This document shows, piece by piece, positions 19,857 to 29,216 of a stretch of DNA of 64,000 bases; the first letter of the stretch is position 1; the number at the start of each line of letters is the position of its first letter. This DNA is from an uncultured Thermoplasmatales archaeon (GTDB lineage Archaea; Thermoplasmatota; E2; DHVEG-1): NCBI GenBank assembly GCA_964618505.1, contig CAZUBH010000008.1:15257-79256 (forward strand). Direction: 5' to 3'. The position numbers were made by a program, and so were the translations under genes. The notes beneath the pieces are model-generated. The model was not told the DNA's origin. It made no database searches and worked only from the letters and a program-made list of their open reading frames with translations.

Positions 19857-20041
19857 CTATCTTTCCATTATTTTTCAGTACTGCATGAACTACTGCTATT
19901 CTGCTAATAGATAATTTATGCTGGTAGCAACTTACATAATTATAATAAAAAGTAAAAATGTAATTGTTTTAAACAGTATTGATTGCCAACTAAAAAAGAA
20001 AGAAATTTAATCCCAATTTTAATTATGGATTTGAAAATATT

Positions 20042-21598
20042 ATGAAAATATATCGGTTCGTAACGGTATTTATAATCATTATTTTTTCAATTCTGAATTT
20101 TTTATTGATAATAAATGACACCCATTCTTTAAAAGCTATTGATTCTACTGATCTTATCGGTCACTGGACTTTTAATGAAGGATCTGGTTCTAAAATATTT
20201 GATACATCTGGAAAAGAATATCATGGTAATATTCATGGCGCAAGCTGGACTCGGGGGGTAAATGGTTCGGGACTTTCTTTTAATGGTGAAGATAATTACA
20301 TAGAGATACCTAATAATGATGACTTAAATGGCATTACTGAATTTACAATATCTATCTGGTTTAAAGTCGACTATTTTGATATTTGGGAACCTTTGGTAAA
20401 CAAAGGATATACAAACGAAGGATTTACAGATGTTTTTGAAATAAATATTGACCAAGGGGGTTATGTTTCATTTGTATTAAATTTTGATACGATGGGTAGA
20501 CAAACATATTCAACTTCTCCTGGAACGATTATTGCTGGAACGTGGCATCATCTAGTCGGAAGTTATGATGGAGATTTTCTAAGAATTTACATAGATTCTG
20601 AGTTAGTTTCTGAACATGATGTTTATAACGAACCTCTTAAAACAAGCGATGCTTCTTTGTATATTGGTGTTGAGTATGAGTACCCAGATGAAAGCTATTT
20701 TAATGGTGCAATAGACGAAATAACATTATTTGCCAGATATATTGAATCTGATGAAGTTTTTGAGTTGTATACACAAAAAGCAATCAAACCTCTAATTAAA
20801 AATAATCTTAAAATCAATCACGGCGCAGAAAGAAGCCCATTAATTGCTATATTACCAAAACAAGCAATACCTGTTGTAGCAACTATTACAAGTGTTATAT
20901 TTATTATCCTCTGGCAACTTTTTGGAAATTTGATTATGGAGTTTCTTAGTGATTACACAAGTGAAAAAATTATTGATATAAAAGCGACAAAAAAGAATTT
21001 TTCAGAAAAACTAGACAAAATTAAAATCCCCTATATTTCGATGAAAACGTCTGATATAGTAAATCTTGGAATTGCAGTTTTCGTTTTTTCAGCTGCAATG
21101 AGTTGGACTTGGTCAGATGGTTTAGAAGACATATTAGGATTATTTATTTTAAATTTTTTTGTAGTAGGTTTTATTTTTACATTACGGGAAGCTTATAGAA
21201 TTTATTATTCAAATAAAAACAAAATTGAAACTAAACATATAATTTGGCCATTTGGCTCAATTCTTACAATTTTAAGCACGTTTATTGGCAATACCTTTTC
21301 TCTTGCTTCTTATGTTACAGCAGATAATGAAGAGGATAATAGATATGCCCAAATGCTTTATCAGTCAACAATAATTTTTTATATGGTCTCTTTAGTAGCC
21401 TTTTCTTTGAATTTTATAAAACCCAATGTAGTATTACAAATGATTTTTGTTTTTTGTATTATGACTGTCATGATTGACATGACGCCAATAAAGCCAATGG
21501 ATGGAGATATAATTAGAAAATGGAATACAAAATATTGGTTGATTTTATATAGTATTATAGGAGTTTCTTATTTAATCATGATTTTCAATCTTTATTGA
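20042..21598 (+). CDS. Membrane protein with an extracellular LamG/concanavalin-like domain fused to an inactive site-2-protease (M50)-like polytopic domain.
   Basis: The LamG-like region reads HWTFNEGSGS...GLSFNGEDNYIEIPN...FTISIWFKVD. The C-terminal TM domain aligns with the neighbouring M50 protease, including PIKPMDGDIIRKWN against PIDPLDGAKVIRWN, but HExxH is replaced by LREAY. Confidence 0.5.
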   Translation: MKIYRFVTVFIIIIFSILNFLLIINDTHSLKAIDSTDLIGHWTFNEGSGSKIFDTSGKEYHGNIHGASWTRGVNGSGLSFNGEDNYIEIPNNDDLNGITEFTISIWFKVDYFDIWEPLVNKGYTNEGFTDVFEINIDQGGYVSFVLNFDTMGRQTYSTSPGTIIAGTWHHLVGSYDGDFLRIYIDSELVSEHDVYNEPLKTSDASLYIGVEYEYPDESYFNGAIDEITLFARYIESDEVFELYTQKAIKPLIKNNLKINHGAERSPLIAILPKQAIPVVATITSVIFIILWQLFGNLIMEFLSDYTSEKIIDIKATKKNFSEKLDKIKIPYISMKTSDIVNLGIAVFVFSAAMSWTWSDGLEDILGLFILNFFVVGFIFTLREAYRIYYSNKNKIETKHIIWPFGSILTILSTFIGNTFSLASYVTADNEEDNRYAQMLYQSTIIFYMVSLVAFSLNFIKPNVVLQMIFVFCIMTVMIDMTPIKPMDGDIIRKWNTKYWLILYSIIGVSYLIMIFNLY

Positions 21599-21612
21599 TT
21601 ATTTTTTAATTT

Positions 21613-22134
21613 TTAATCAACAGCAATTTCTACTGCCAATTCATTCCTTCTAATAAACCCTGGTGAAAATGGGCTATTATATCTCATTAAAAATGGCTTT
21701 CCGAATGTTTTTAAATTATTTAATTTAACCTTTTGCATTAGTATTTTAGTATTTTCTTCAATACTTCTTGAATTTGCTTTTCCACTAAATTTTACAACAG
21801 CAAATGTTTTTTTTGGTTGGACTTTAATATGTACTTTGGGATTTTTTGGCATCGGTACATCTTTTTCTTCAAATGATGAAGGAAGTATAAATGCCATCGA
21901 ATGCTCTTGTGAGGTGTTAGGAAGTTCTATTTGAATTTTTTCTTGAGTTATTACTGGAGCAGTCATTTCTATTTTTTTATGAGGGCTATTTTCCCCAGAT
22001 ATATAATTAAATAATAGACCAAAAGCTGCGTTATCATCTTGCTCCTCAACAGAGGCAAGAATCATTCTATCATATTGTCTTATTTCGATATCATCTAGTT
22101 TAGTTATTAATTCATAACTTGCTTTTTCAACCAT
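21613..22134 (-). CDS. SOUL/HBP heme-binding family protein.
   Basis: YELITKLDDIEIRQY...FGLLFNYISGEN...KIEMTAPV...FILP pattern characteristic of SOUL proteins. Confidence 0.65.
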   Translation of the reverse strand: MVEKASYELITKLDDIEIRQYDRMILASVEEQDDNAAFGLLFNYISGENSPHKKIEMTAPVITQEKIQIELPNTSQEHSMAFILPSSFEEKDVPMPKNPKVHIKVQPKKTFAVVKFSGKANSRSIEENTKILMQKVKLNNLKTFGKPFLMRYNSPFSPGFIRRNELAVEIAVD

Positions 22135-22185
22135 AATAATACATATGTTTGTATAATTATTAATGATTTTTGTAAAAAAATAAGA

Positions 22186-22992
22186 TTAGGTTTCAGTAGG
22201 AAATCCTGCTTCTACCCAGGCCCTGTAGTTACCTTCAAGTCTATATGTATTTTTAATACCTGCATCAACCAAGGTTTGTGCGCTATCTGTTGATGGGGGA
22301 TCCGTATGACAATAAACTAGATATGTTCCATTTATGTCAAGATTAGAAACTTCTTCTTCTAATGTTCCATCAGCCCATACATAATTAACTGCACCGGGCA
22401 AATGACCCAGACTATAAATATCAAGACCAACAACATCGATTACCAAATCAAACGTATCGTTCATTAATAAAGAATACGCTTTGTCTGGAGGGATGTCTAT
22501 GTAAGTATCTTTCATATCATATATAATGCACAATAAAAGAAAACATTGTTTTTGAGCACTTATCATTTCAGTCTCATTTGCTTTTGCCTGCAAGCTCATA
22601 TATACTCTTCCAAAACCTCTAGGACTTGGCATTGTGGGGCTTAGATAAGGTCTTAATACAATCGTTATTTCTTCACCAGCTTTAAGCTCATTAATTACCT
22701 GGCTACATACATCTCCTTTGCCAATAATAGCTGTAATAACGGCTTTTGTACTAAAACACCAATTTATGTTTGTTAAATCTTCAGAACCAGTATTTTTAAA
22801 AGTTAGTTCAACTCCCCTATATAAAAAACCTGGTTCAATAGCTAATTCTAGGCCATAGTTTTCAGTTCTTGTTAAAGATTCTTTTTTTGTAGTAATATTT
22901 TTTGGTAAATAAGTTATTGAACTACCTATTGTTGTAGAGATCAATATTAAAAAAATCAATCCAACAATCATTTTTATATAAATATTTTTCAT
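22186..22992 (-). CDS. Secreted two-domain protein: the paralogous N-terminal domain (shared with 18846..19856) plus a C-terminal rhodanese-like domain.
   Basis: Signal peptide. The rhodanese-like region reads LVIDV...GHLPGAVNYVW...YLVYCHTD...AWVEAGFP, but the CRxGxR active-site loop is non-canonical (CHTDPPS). Confidence 0.5.
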   Translation of the reverse strand: MKNIYIKMIVGLIFLILISTTIGSSITYLPKNITTKKESLTRTENYGLELAIEPGFLYRGVELTFKNTGSEDLTNINWCFSTKAVITAIIGKGDVCSQVINELKAGEEITIVLRPYLSPTMPSPRGFGRVYMSLQAKANETEMISAQKQCFLLLCIIYDMKDTYIDIPPDKAYSLLMNDTFDLVIDVVGLDIYSLGHLPGAVNYVWADGTLEEEVSNLDINGTYLVYCHTDPPSTDSAQTLVDAGIKNTYRLEGNYRAWVEAGFPTET

Positions 22993-23114
22993 TCTTCAAT
23001 ACCTCCCCGATTATCTTACCAATAGTAACAGAATACTTAAATATTTCCCTAATATAGAAAAAAAATAATTTTTATAATTAGATATGTAACTAAAATATTT
23101 TTATTTTTTTATGA

Positions 23115-23885
23115 TTATTGAAGACCTTTCATCTTCTTTTCTTTTTCTATAGCCTTAAAAATCGTGATATCGCCCTTTAAAACTTCTATGGCTGCTTTTT
23201 TTGATATAGAATACTTACCATCTGTAAGATTTCTACTTTTTCTTTGTAAGTTTTTTATTGCACCTCTAGTGGGCTCTAGTGGTAATGTGGATTGGACCCT
23301 ACCTCCAGAAATCATTGCAATTAACGCAGCAGAATCACTATCTTTTACATTTCTTCCTACATTTTTTGCAATTGTAGTGCTTGTTTCATTAACAATTTCA
23401 ATTGGTATATTGAGACCTATTAGAGAATTTATTATTCTATTTCTAATCAAAATTGAACCATGCCCGATTCTTATATAAACATCTTTAGATGGAAATAATT
23501 TCAGTAATCTTTTTACAGTTGACAATACTTTTTCAGGATTATCAACTTGTAGTTTTTTTAGAAGTAATTCATTACCAACTACTGCAATTCCAGGGTGATC
23601 TCCAGGATCAATTCCAATAAATACCTTTGAATAAAATTTCTTTCCGATTAATTTTCTTAAAGCCATGTCTATAGCATGATCTACAGTATCAAAAGTATCT
23701 GCTGATACTATCTTTTGTGATTGTATTTCTGTAACTTCTTTTTGAGACGTTAATACAACTCCAATTTTGTTTGGTATATTTTTTGGTGAAGAAAGTAAAA
23801 CATAGGCAAGATTCCTTTTCTTTAAAGCTTTTATTATGTCATGGTACAAAGAAAAATCCCTAGTAAAAACACCCAAAGTTTTCAT
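23115..23885 (-). CDS. Hypothetical protein with an RNase H-like / ASKHA-like fold signature (IGIDPGDHPGIAVV).
   Basis: VFIGIDPGDHPGIAVVG resembles the first beta-hairpin of RuvC/YqgF-like or ASKHA proteins. No firmer assignment is possible by eye. Confidence 0.3.
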   Translation of the reverse strand: MKTLGVFTRDFSLYHDIIKALKKRNLAYVLLSSPKNIPNKIGVVLTSQKEVTEIQSQKIVSADTFDTVDHAIDMALRKLIGKKFYSKVFIGIDPGDHPGIAVVGNELLLKKLQVDNPEKVLSTVKRLLKLFPSKDVYIRIGHGSILIRNRIINSLIGLNIPIEIVNETSTTIAKNVGRNVKDSDSAALIAMISGGRVQSTLPLEPTRGAIKNLQRKSRNLTDGKYSISKKAAIEVLKGDITIFKAIEKEKKMKGLQ

Positions 23886-23923
23886 TTATTTTACTATCGA
23901 GTTTTGAAATAATAAAGTTTTGC

Positions 23924-24643
23924 TTAAAATAATGGAACAACTCTAAAAATTAAAAATGAAATTGAAATAGCTAAAATAAAAAGTAAAGCCCAAGCAATTC
24001 CATTCCATCTAATTACTTTTGCACCGTCCAATGGATCAATAGGAACTAAATTAAAAGTTCCAAGAAGCGCGTTAACAAGACAAACAAAACCAAATATGTT
24101 TGCCAAAAATATCCACTCAAAAAAATATAGATATAAAACATACGAAATTATTGCTATAGAAATATTTGCAGCAGGTCCAGATGCCGCGATTTTACCTGTT
24201 TCAAAAGCTCTAGTGTCACCTCTAAACATGACTGCACCAGGTACTGCAACGACAAAACCAGTTAACATAGCAAGTAGAAGTGAAACCAGCAAGCCTTTTG
24301 GATACATTCTATATTCTGACCATAAGCCATGTCTTTGAGCCATAAATTTATGTGAAATTTCATGTACAAAAAAAGCCGTCAATATGCCCAAAAATGATCG
24401 TGGTATTGAATACAAAAAAATCGAAATATTAAAATTATATAAAGGCGAAGTTAGAAAAGAAAATGCAAGAGTTAAAACACCCATTGATATTAGTATTTGC
24501 TGGATTTCTATTTTACTAAAAGAACCAGGCTTACCTGATTCAAGGGTTCCTTTTGGTACATACATGTATTCCCTTGGAGAAAGATCGTGAAATGAAGTGT
24601 AAACTTTTCTTTTTCTCTCCATCATAACTCCCAATTTAACCAA
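23924..24643 (-). CDS. Site-2 protease family (M50) intramembrane metalloprotease.
   Basis: HExxH in FFVHEISHKF, an LDG motif in PIDPLDGAKVIRWN, and multiple TM segments. Confidence 0.75.
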   Translation of the reverse strand: MVKLGVMMERKRKVYTSFHDLSPREYMYVPKGTLESGKPGSFSKIEIQQILISMGVLTLAFSFLTSPLYNFNISIFLYSIPRSFLGILTAFFVHEISHKFMAQRHGLWSEYRMYPKGLLVSLLLAMLTGFVVAVPGAVMFRGDTRAFETGKIAASGPAANISIAIISYVLYLYFFEWIFLANIFGFVCLVNALLGTFNLVPIDPLDGAKVIRWNGIAWALLFILAISISFLIFRVVPLF

Positions 24644-25796
24644 AACCTAAACTGAAAAGATATGGTAAAGCCACAAATGTGCCAATCATACTGCCAAGAT
24701 TTGCAAGTGCTACCACCATTAAAAGTCTAACTACTCTATTATTGAAAAAATCTTTTGTACTATCAAGTTTACTTAAATTTTTAAAATCTTTTACTACTGG
24801 CTTTCTCAGTTTGAATTCTACGTAACCTGCTACCCATCCTGCAGCAACTGCGGGACTTAAAGATGTCAATGGAGCAGCTACAAAAGCTGTCAATATAGAC
24901 AACGGATGGCCTCTAGCAATTAGTGTACCTAGAGCTGAAAGACTGCCATTTATCAAAAACCACCAAAGCAAGGCATTGCCTGCCCTCTCCCAATTTCCAG
25001 TTAAAATTAAATATATAATTAGCGCTGCAAATAAAACAGGAACAGCATAACCAATGGCTTTCCATATGTTTATGCGCTTTTTAGGGACAAATTCCAAATC
25101 TTTCAAATTTACCTCTATTTTTGATTTTTTTAGATATTTCTTAATGCCACTCAAATGTCCAGCACCAACAACTGCTAAGACCTTACCTTTTTTACTTTCT
25201 TCAATTATTTTTTTTGCAATATATTGGTCTCTTTCATGGATTAAAACTGTTGATACGCTTGGGGCTATTTTTCCAAACTCTTCCATCATCGAGGAAATAA
25301 CGTCTTGGTCCATTATTTCTTGGAGATCGATTTCTTCTAAATCTTCATCGTCAAATCCAACGATTGCTTTTAAAAATTCCCAGGTAAGTCTGAATTTTTC
25401 AAAAAAACCCATTTTTCTCCAAGCTCTTTTCAGAGTTATGGAAATATCTCTATCAACAAGGGCAACTTCAATATCATTTTTTTTGGCAACATCCATTGCA
25501 GCAATCATTTCTGAGCCAGGCTCAACGCCATACTCTTTACCCATTTTTCTCTGAATAGATGATAAAAAAGTTTGTGCAAGCATTAAGTAAGCGTTATTTG
25601 ATTTTAAAAGGGTGGTAATTGGTGTGTTTTCCCACTTATCTTTTTTTGTGATTGCTTCATATCTTCTTTCACAGAGTTCAACCGCTACAATATCAGGTCT
25701 AAATTCTTCAATTGTCTTTTTTACTTCTTCTACACTTTCCTTTGAAATGTGTGCGGTTCCCACAAGAATTATTTTGTCACTTATTTTTTCTTGCAA
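24636..25796 (-). CDS. TraB/PrgY/GumN family protein with a C-terminal membrane domain.
   Basis: IILVGTAHISKESVEEV signature (GTAHVS motif) and TM segments at the C-terminus. It overlaps the downstream M50 gene by 8 nt. Confidence 0.7.
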   Translation of the reverse strand: MQEKISDKIILVGTAHISKESVEEVKKTIEEFRPDIVAVELCERRYEAITKKDKWENTPITTLLKSNNAYLMLAQTFLSSIQRKMGKEYGVEPGSEMIAAMDVAKKNDIEVALVDRDISITLKRAWRKMGFFEKFRLTWEFLKAIVGFDDEDLEEIDLQEIMDQDVISSMMEEFGKIAPSVSTVLIHERDQYIAKKIIEESKKGKVLAVVGAGHLSGIKKYLKKSKIEVNLKDLEFVPKKRINIWKAIGYAVPVLFAALIIYLILTGNWERAGNALLWWFLINGSLSALGTLIARGHPLSILTAFVAAPLTSLSPAVAAGWVAGYVEFKLRKPVVKDFKNLSKLDSTKDFFNNRVVRLLMVVALANLGSMIGTFVALPYLFSLGFG

Positions 25797-25842
25797 TTCA
25801 ATCTTCCTTATACCTTTATAGTAAAGGAATTAAAAAAATTAT

Positions 25843-26472
25843 TTAAATTTCAGCTTCAAAATCTTCGATTTCGGCTTTGAATTCATCTTCAGATTTGATT
25901 TTCTTTGTTTCGATTAGGATTTGTCTTGTAAGAAGCCAATAAATTAAAGCAAGAGCTCTTCTACCTTTATTATTCGTTGGAATTACATAATCAATATATC
26001 TAGTTTCATTATTTGTGTCACATAATGCTATAACAGGGATTCCAATGTTTTCTGCTTCATGAAGTGCCTGAATATCAGCCAATGGGTCTGTAAGAATAAT
26101 TGCATCAGGCTCAAAGAAATTTTTTGATTTTGGATTTGTCAAATTTCCAGGTCTGAATCTTCCACCAAGAGCACGAATTCCAGTATGTTCGCTTAGTTTT
26201 TGAATTGGTTTTTGACCGTATTGTCTTACAGATACTACCATTACTTTTGAAGGGTCAAATTTAGAAATAAACTTTGCTGCGTTTTTTATTCTTTCGTCAG
26301 TCTTTTTCACGTCTATTATATAAAGACCGTCATTTCTTACTTTGTAAATAAAATCTTTAATATCTGCGGTTTTTTGCCTTGTGCCAATATGTACGCCAGA
26401 AGTCATATATGTTTCTTCTGAGATCATCATTTTATTTTCGTCTTCCTCTTGTTTTTCTTTATCATCCGACAT
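25843..26472 (-). CDS. rps2: 30S ribosomal protein S2 (uS2) with a short acidic N-terminal extension.
   Basis: SGVHIGTRQKTADIKDFIYKVRNDGLYIIDV...DTNNETRYIDYVIPTNNKGRRALALIYWLL matches archaeal uS2. Confidence 0.85.
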   Translation of the reverse strand: MSDDKEKQEEDENKMMISEETYMTSGVHIGTRQKTADIKDFIYKVRNDGLYIIDVKKTDERIKNAAKFISKFDPSKVMVVSVRQYGQKPIQKLSEHTGIRALGGRFRPGNLTNPKSKNFFEPDAIILTDPLADIQALHEAENIGIPVIALCDTNNETRYIDYVIPTNNKGRRALALIYWLLTRQILIETKKIKSEDEFKAEIEDFEAEI

Positions 26473-26490
26473 AGGTTTACATCCTTAAGA

Positions 26491-26667
26491 CTATTCTATT
26501 CTTCTAACAGTAATTGGAATCGCACCTTCTTCAAATTCTAACATTGAAATTTTAACAGGATCTATTACATCCTTTGGAATTTTTGAAAGTGTAGTTGGTG
26601 CACCCATAGAAAGCTGTAAAGCTCTAGCACCTATTATCCTTGCTTTTTCAAATCTAGTATATTCCAA
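26491..26667 (-). CDS. rpoK: DNA-directed RNA polymerase subunit K (Rpo6); not present in the supplied ORF track.
   Basis: Manual minus-strand translation gives (TTG)EYTRFEKARIIGARALQLSMGAPTTLSKIPKDVIDPVKISMLEFEEGAIPITVRRIE. The TTG start is preceded by GGGAGG. Confidence 0.8.
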   Translation of the reverse strand: MEYTRFEKARIIGARALQLSMGAPTTLSKIPKDVIDPVKISMLEFEEGAIPITVRRIE

Positions 26668-26776
26668 TATATTCCTCCCGTTTTATAATAGACGGTAAGA
26701 CCTCCAAATGCCAGAAACATTTAAAAATATTACTCATAGTCTTACCTGTTAACTTTTTTCAATAAAAAAGAAAAAA

Positions 26777-26986
26777 TTATTTAATTTCCTCTATACCTTC
26801 TCCAAAGTCTGCTGTGCGATTTGAAAATTCATCAAGTGCTAGCTGCATATCAAATATTATATCCCTTAATAATCTATCAATTCTATCGTTATTAAATTCT
26901 TTTACTCCATCAATATCTGAATATATTTTCCCCATATAATTGCCGGTTCCTTTATGTATTTCAATATTATACAAGATTTCCTCCAT
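26777..26986 (-). CDS. Hypothetical 69-aa acidic protein.
   Basis: Clean ORF between L30 and rpoK. It has no cysteines, so it is not RpoN. No family recognised. Confidence 0.3.
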   Translation of the reverse strand: MEEILYNIEIHKGTGNYMGKIYSDIDGVKEFNNDRIDRLLRDIIFDMQLALDEFSNRTADFGEGIEEIK

Positions 26987-27055
26987 ACTAATACCCTCTC
27001 ATAGTTGTTTTACATACCTTAAAATGACACTCTATATAAAATTTTTGTATTATTA

Positions 27056-27520
27056 TTAAATCATTCTTTTTATAAGACTATTTATTTCTTTTCCTCTATA
27101 ACCAAGTGCTCCGCCATTCTTAAAAGATCTTTTTATGCCCTCGTAGCCTTTTTTTGGCGGATTTAGTCTAAATATTGGTTTGACATCTGGTATTTCTTTA
27201 TATTTAATCTTATTTTCAATAATTGCTTTGGATAATTTATCAAATTTGTCAAAAGATGTTGATGTTTTAAGGTATTCTTCAGATAAATCTTTATCTCCTG
27301 TAAGCAAACCTCTGTTATCAATGAGTTTTGACAATGTTTCTTTATCTATTTCTCCCCAAGTTGCATAGTCCTTTACAATTTGTAACATTCCTTTATAAAT
27401 ATCATTTTCTTCTAATAATACACAATGATTGGCCTTATTTAACCTAAGTAGATGAAGAGTTTTTTTGATATCTGGTTTAACATTTACAGATCCTCTGATT
27501 CTTATTGCTGCATAAACCAT
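27056..27520 (-). CDS. rpl30: 50S ribosomal protein L30 (uL30).
   Basis: MVYAAIRIRGSVNVKPDIKKTLHLLRLNKANHCV matches archaeal L30. The start is chosen at the internal Met, which avoids overlap with S5. Confidence 0.8.
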   Translation of the reverse strand: MVYAAIRIRGSVNVKPDIKKTLHLLRLNKANHCVLLEENDIYKGMLQIVKDYATWGEIDKETLSKLIDNRGLLTGDKDLSEEYLKTSTSFDKFDKLSKAIIENKIKYKEIPDVKPIFRLNPPKKGYEGIKRSFKNGGALGYRGKEINSLIKRMI

Positions 27521-27524
27521 TTCT

Positions 27525-28250
27525 CTATTCCTCCGAACTTTTTGCAATTTTAACTTGTTCATTTGAAGGCATTCCAATTGAACCTGATTTTATACTTATT
27601 TTATTAATCTCCTCTTGTGTAAGTCGGGTTATAGAATTTTGTCTTAAAGCTTCAAAAACTGCCTTCGCATAATTTACAACAGTTTGAGTTTGCCCTCTTG
27701 TAAAAGCCCAACAATCACTAATTCCTGCAAGCGATAGTATTTTTTTTGCCACATCTCCTGTTGCAAGACCAATACCTCTTGGTGCAGGTTTAAAAGTTAC
27801 TTGGACAGAACCACTCTTTCCTGTAACCGAAAATGGAACCGTGTGGGGCCCTCTACAACCACATTCCCATGAGCCGCATCCTCTTCTTATTTCAATAATA
27901 TTTAGTTTAGCATTTTCAATTGCTTTTCTAATACTTGATCCTACTTCTTTACCTTTTGCTTGTCCAAGTCCAACAAAACCGTCTTTATTTCCAACCGCAA
28001 CAGTAATTACGAATTTTATTCTTCTTCCAGAATCAGTCATACGTTGTACCATTTTTACATCGATAACTTCGTCTTCTATCTCTGGAAGTAGAATATCAAC
28101 TATTTCAGATTCTCTAACTGGTAGACCAGTTTTTAAGGCATCACTCATAGTTTTTATCTCATTTGATTTAACCATTTGTCCCAATCTTGTCTTGGGCTCC
28201 CAGTTAATTGCAATTGACTCCGGTTCTTTTGGTCTTGATTTTCGTCTCAT
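27525..28250 (-). CDS. rps5: 30S ribosomal protein S5 (uS5).
   Basis: WEPKTRLG...[24 protein letters not shown]...[17 protein letters not shown] typical of uS5. Confidence 0.85.
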   Translation of the reverse strand: MRRKSRPKEPESIAINWEPKTRLGQMVKSNEIKTMSDALKTGLPVRESEIVDILLPEIEDEVIDVKMVQRMTDSGRRIKFVITVAVGNKDGFVGLGQAKGKEVGSSIRKAIENAKLNIIEIRRGCGSWECGCRGPHTVPFSVTGKSGSVQVTFKPAPRGIGLATGDVAKKILSLAGISDCWAFTRGQTQTVVNYAKAVFEALRQNSITRLTQEEINKISIKSGSIGMPSNEQVKIAKSSEE

Positions 28251-28756
28251 TATTTGCCCCCAACAATTTTGTTTTTTATTTCCCCAACTTTTGGCTCTAT
28301 TTCTTTGTCAAGATGCTTTCCAAATATCCTATCTTCAGAAGGAAGTATATCTTTATCATGAGGACAATTTATTCCTGCATCAACAACTCCTTTTAATGCT
28401 GCAAAAAGTTTATTGCCTTTCGTTGGCCTATATCGACCAATGTCCAAAACGCAGTCTTTAATGCCATTTTCTTTTGCTTTTTGACCTGCTATAAGCCCAG
28501 TTAGATATGCAGCAGGTGTTGTAGCAACCGAATACTTCCATTTATACTTATTAACAAGTTCATTAGATATTGCGGACGCTAAGATTTTATCTCCTGATTG
28601 ATCGTATTCAACAAATTGTATACGTATGTTTTTTAGAGATTTTCTGACCACAAGTCTAGGTTTTTTAGATTTTAATAAGCCTAATCTCATTCTATAATCT
28701 GTTCTTGATTTTCTATGTCTTCTGGTTTTTACATGGTATCTAGGCCCTGCTTTCAT
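28250..28756 (-). CDS. rpl18: 50S ribosomal protein L18 (uL18).
   Basis: [24 protein letters not shown]...[12 protein letters not shown] matches archaeal uL18. Confidence 0.85.
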   Translation of the reverse strand: MKAGPRYHVKTRRHRKSRTDYRMRLGLLKSKKPRLVVRKSLKNIRIQFVEYDQSGDKILASAISNELVNKYKWKYSVATTPAAYLTGLIAGQKAKENGIKDCVLDIGRYRPTKGNKLFAALKGVVDAGINCPHDKDILPSEDRIFGKHLDKEIEPKVGEIKNKIVGGK

Positions 28757-29214
28757 TGTTTATCCTCCTTTAAAATACCATCTGATATTAGATGTGTCTT
28801 GAGATGATGTTTATTTCGAAATTCGCCGCCTTTTGATTTCATGTAGTAATTTCTGTAAGTTGATTTATCAATTAGTTTATTGTTTCTCAACTGTTTTAAA
28901 TATTTTCTAATTGGTCTAATTGTAAGTATCCATCTTTCTTTTCTAGGTAACCTTGCATATTTCGCACCTTTTCTTGAACCATGGCCTTGCCTTCTACCTT
29001 TTTTCTTTTGATTTTTAATGTAATTTTTTCTACCGCTAGAAATACCTCTAATTTGTTTGCTTTTAATTGCACCGCCATTTATTAGAACAATGATATCCTT
29101 TCTTGTGACAGCTTTTGCAATTTCATCTGCACGATCAGCATCCATCCAAACTCTATTTTCACCACATTTTAGAAGCGTTGATGCAATTCTTCGTTGATTT
29201 CGTAAATCTGTCAT
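28753..29214 (-). CDS. rpl19e: 50S ribosomal protein L19e.
   Basis: LRNQRRIASTLLKCGENRVWMD...GRRQGHGSRKG matches L19e. Confidence 0.85.
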   Translation of the reverse strand: MTDLRNQRRIASTLLKCGENRVWMDADRADEIAKAVTRKDIIVLINGGAIKSKQIRGISSGRKNYIKNQKKKGRRQGHGSRKGAKYARLPRKERWILTIRPIRKYLKQLRNNKLIDKSTYRNYYMKSKGGEFRNKHHLKTHLISDGILKEDKQ

Positions 29215-29216
29215 TT

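Noticed and set aside
19857-19925. The partial palindrome cagtactgcatgaactactg just downstream of the spondin-like gene, considered as a terminator hairpin.
   Set aside because: The inverted repeat is imperfect (mismatches in the stem) and there is no adjoining oligo-T tract, so the evidence is too weak to call it a terminator.
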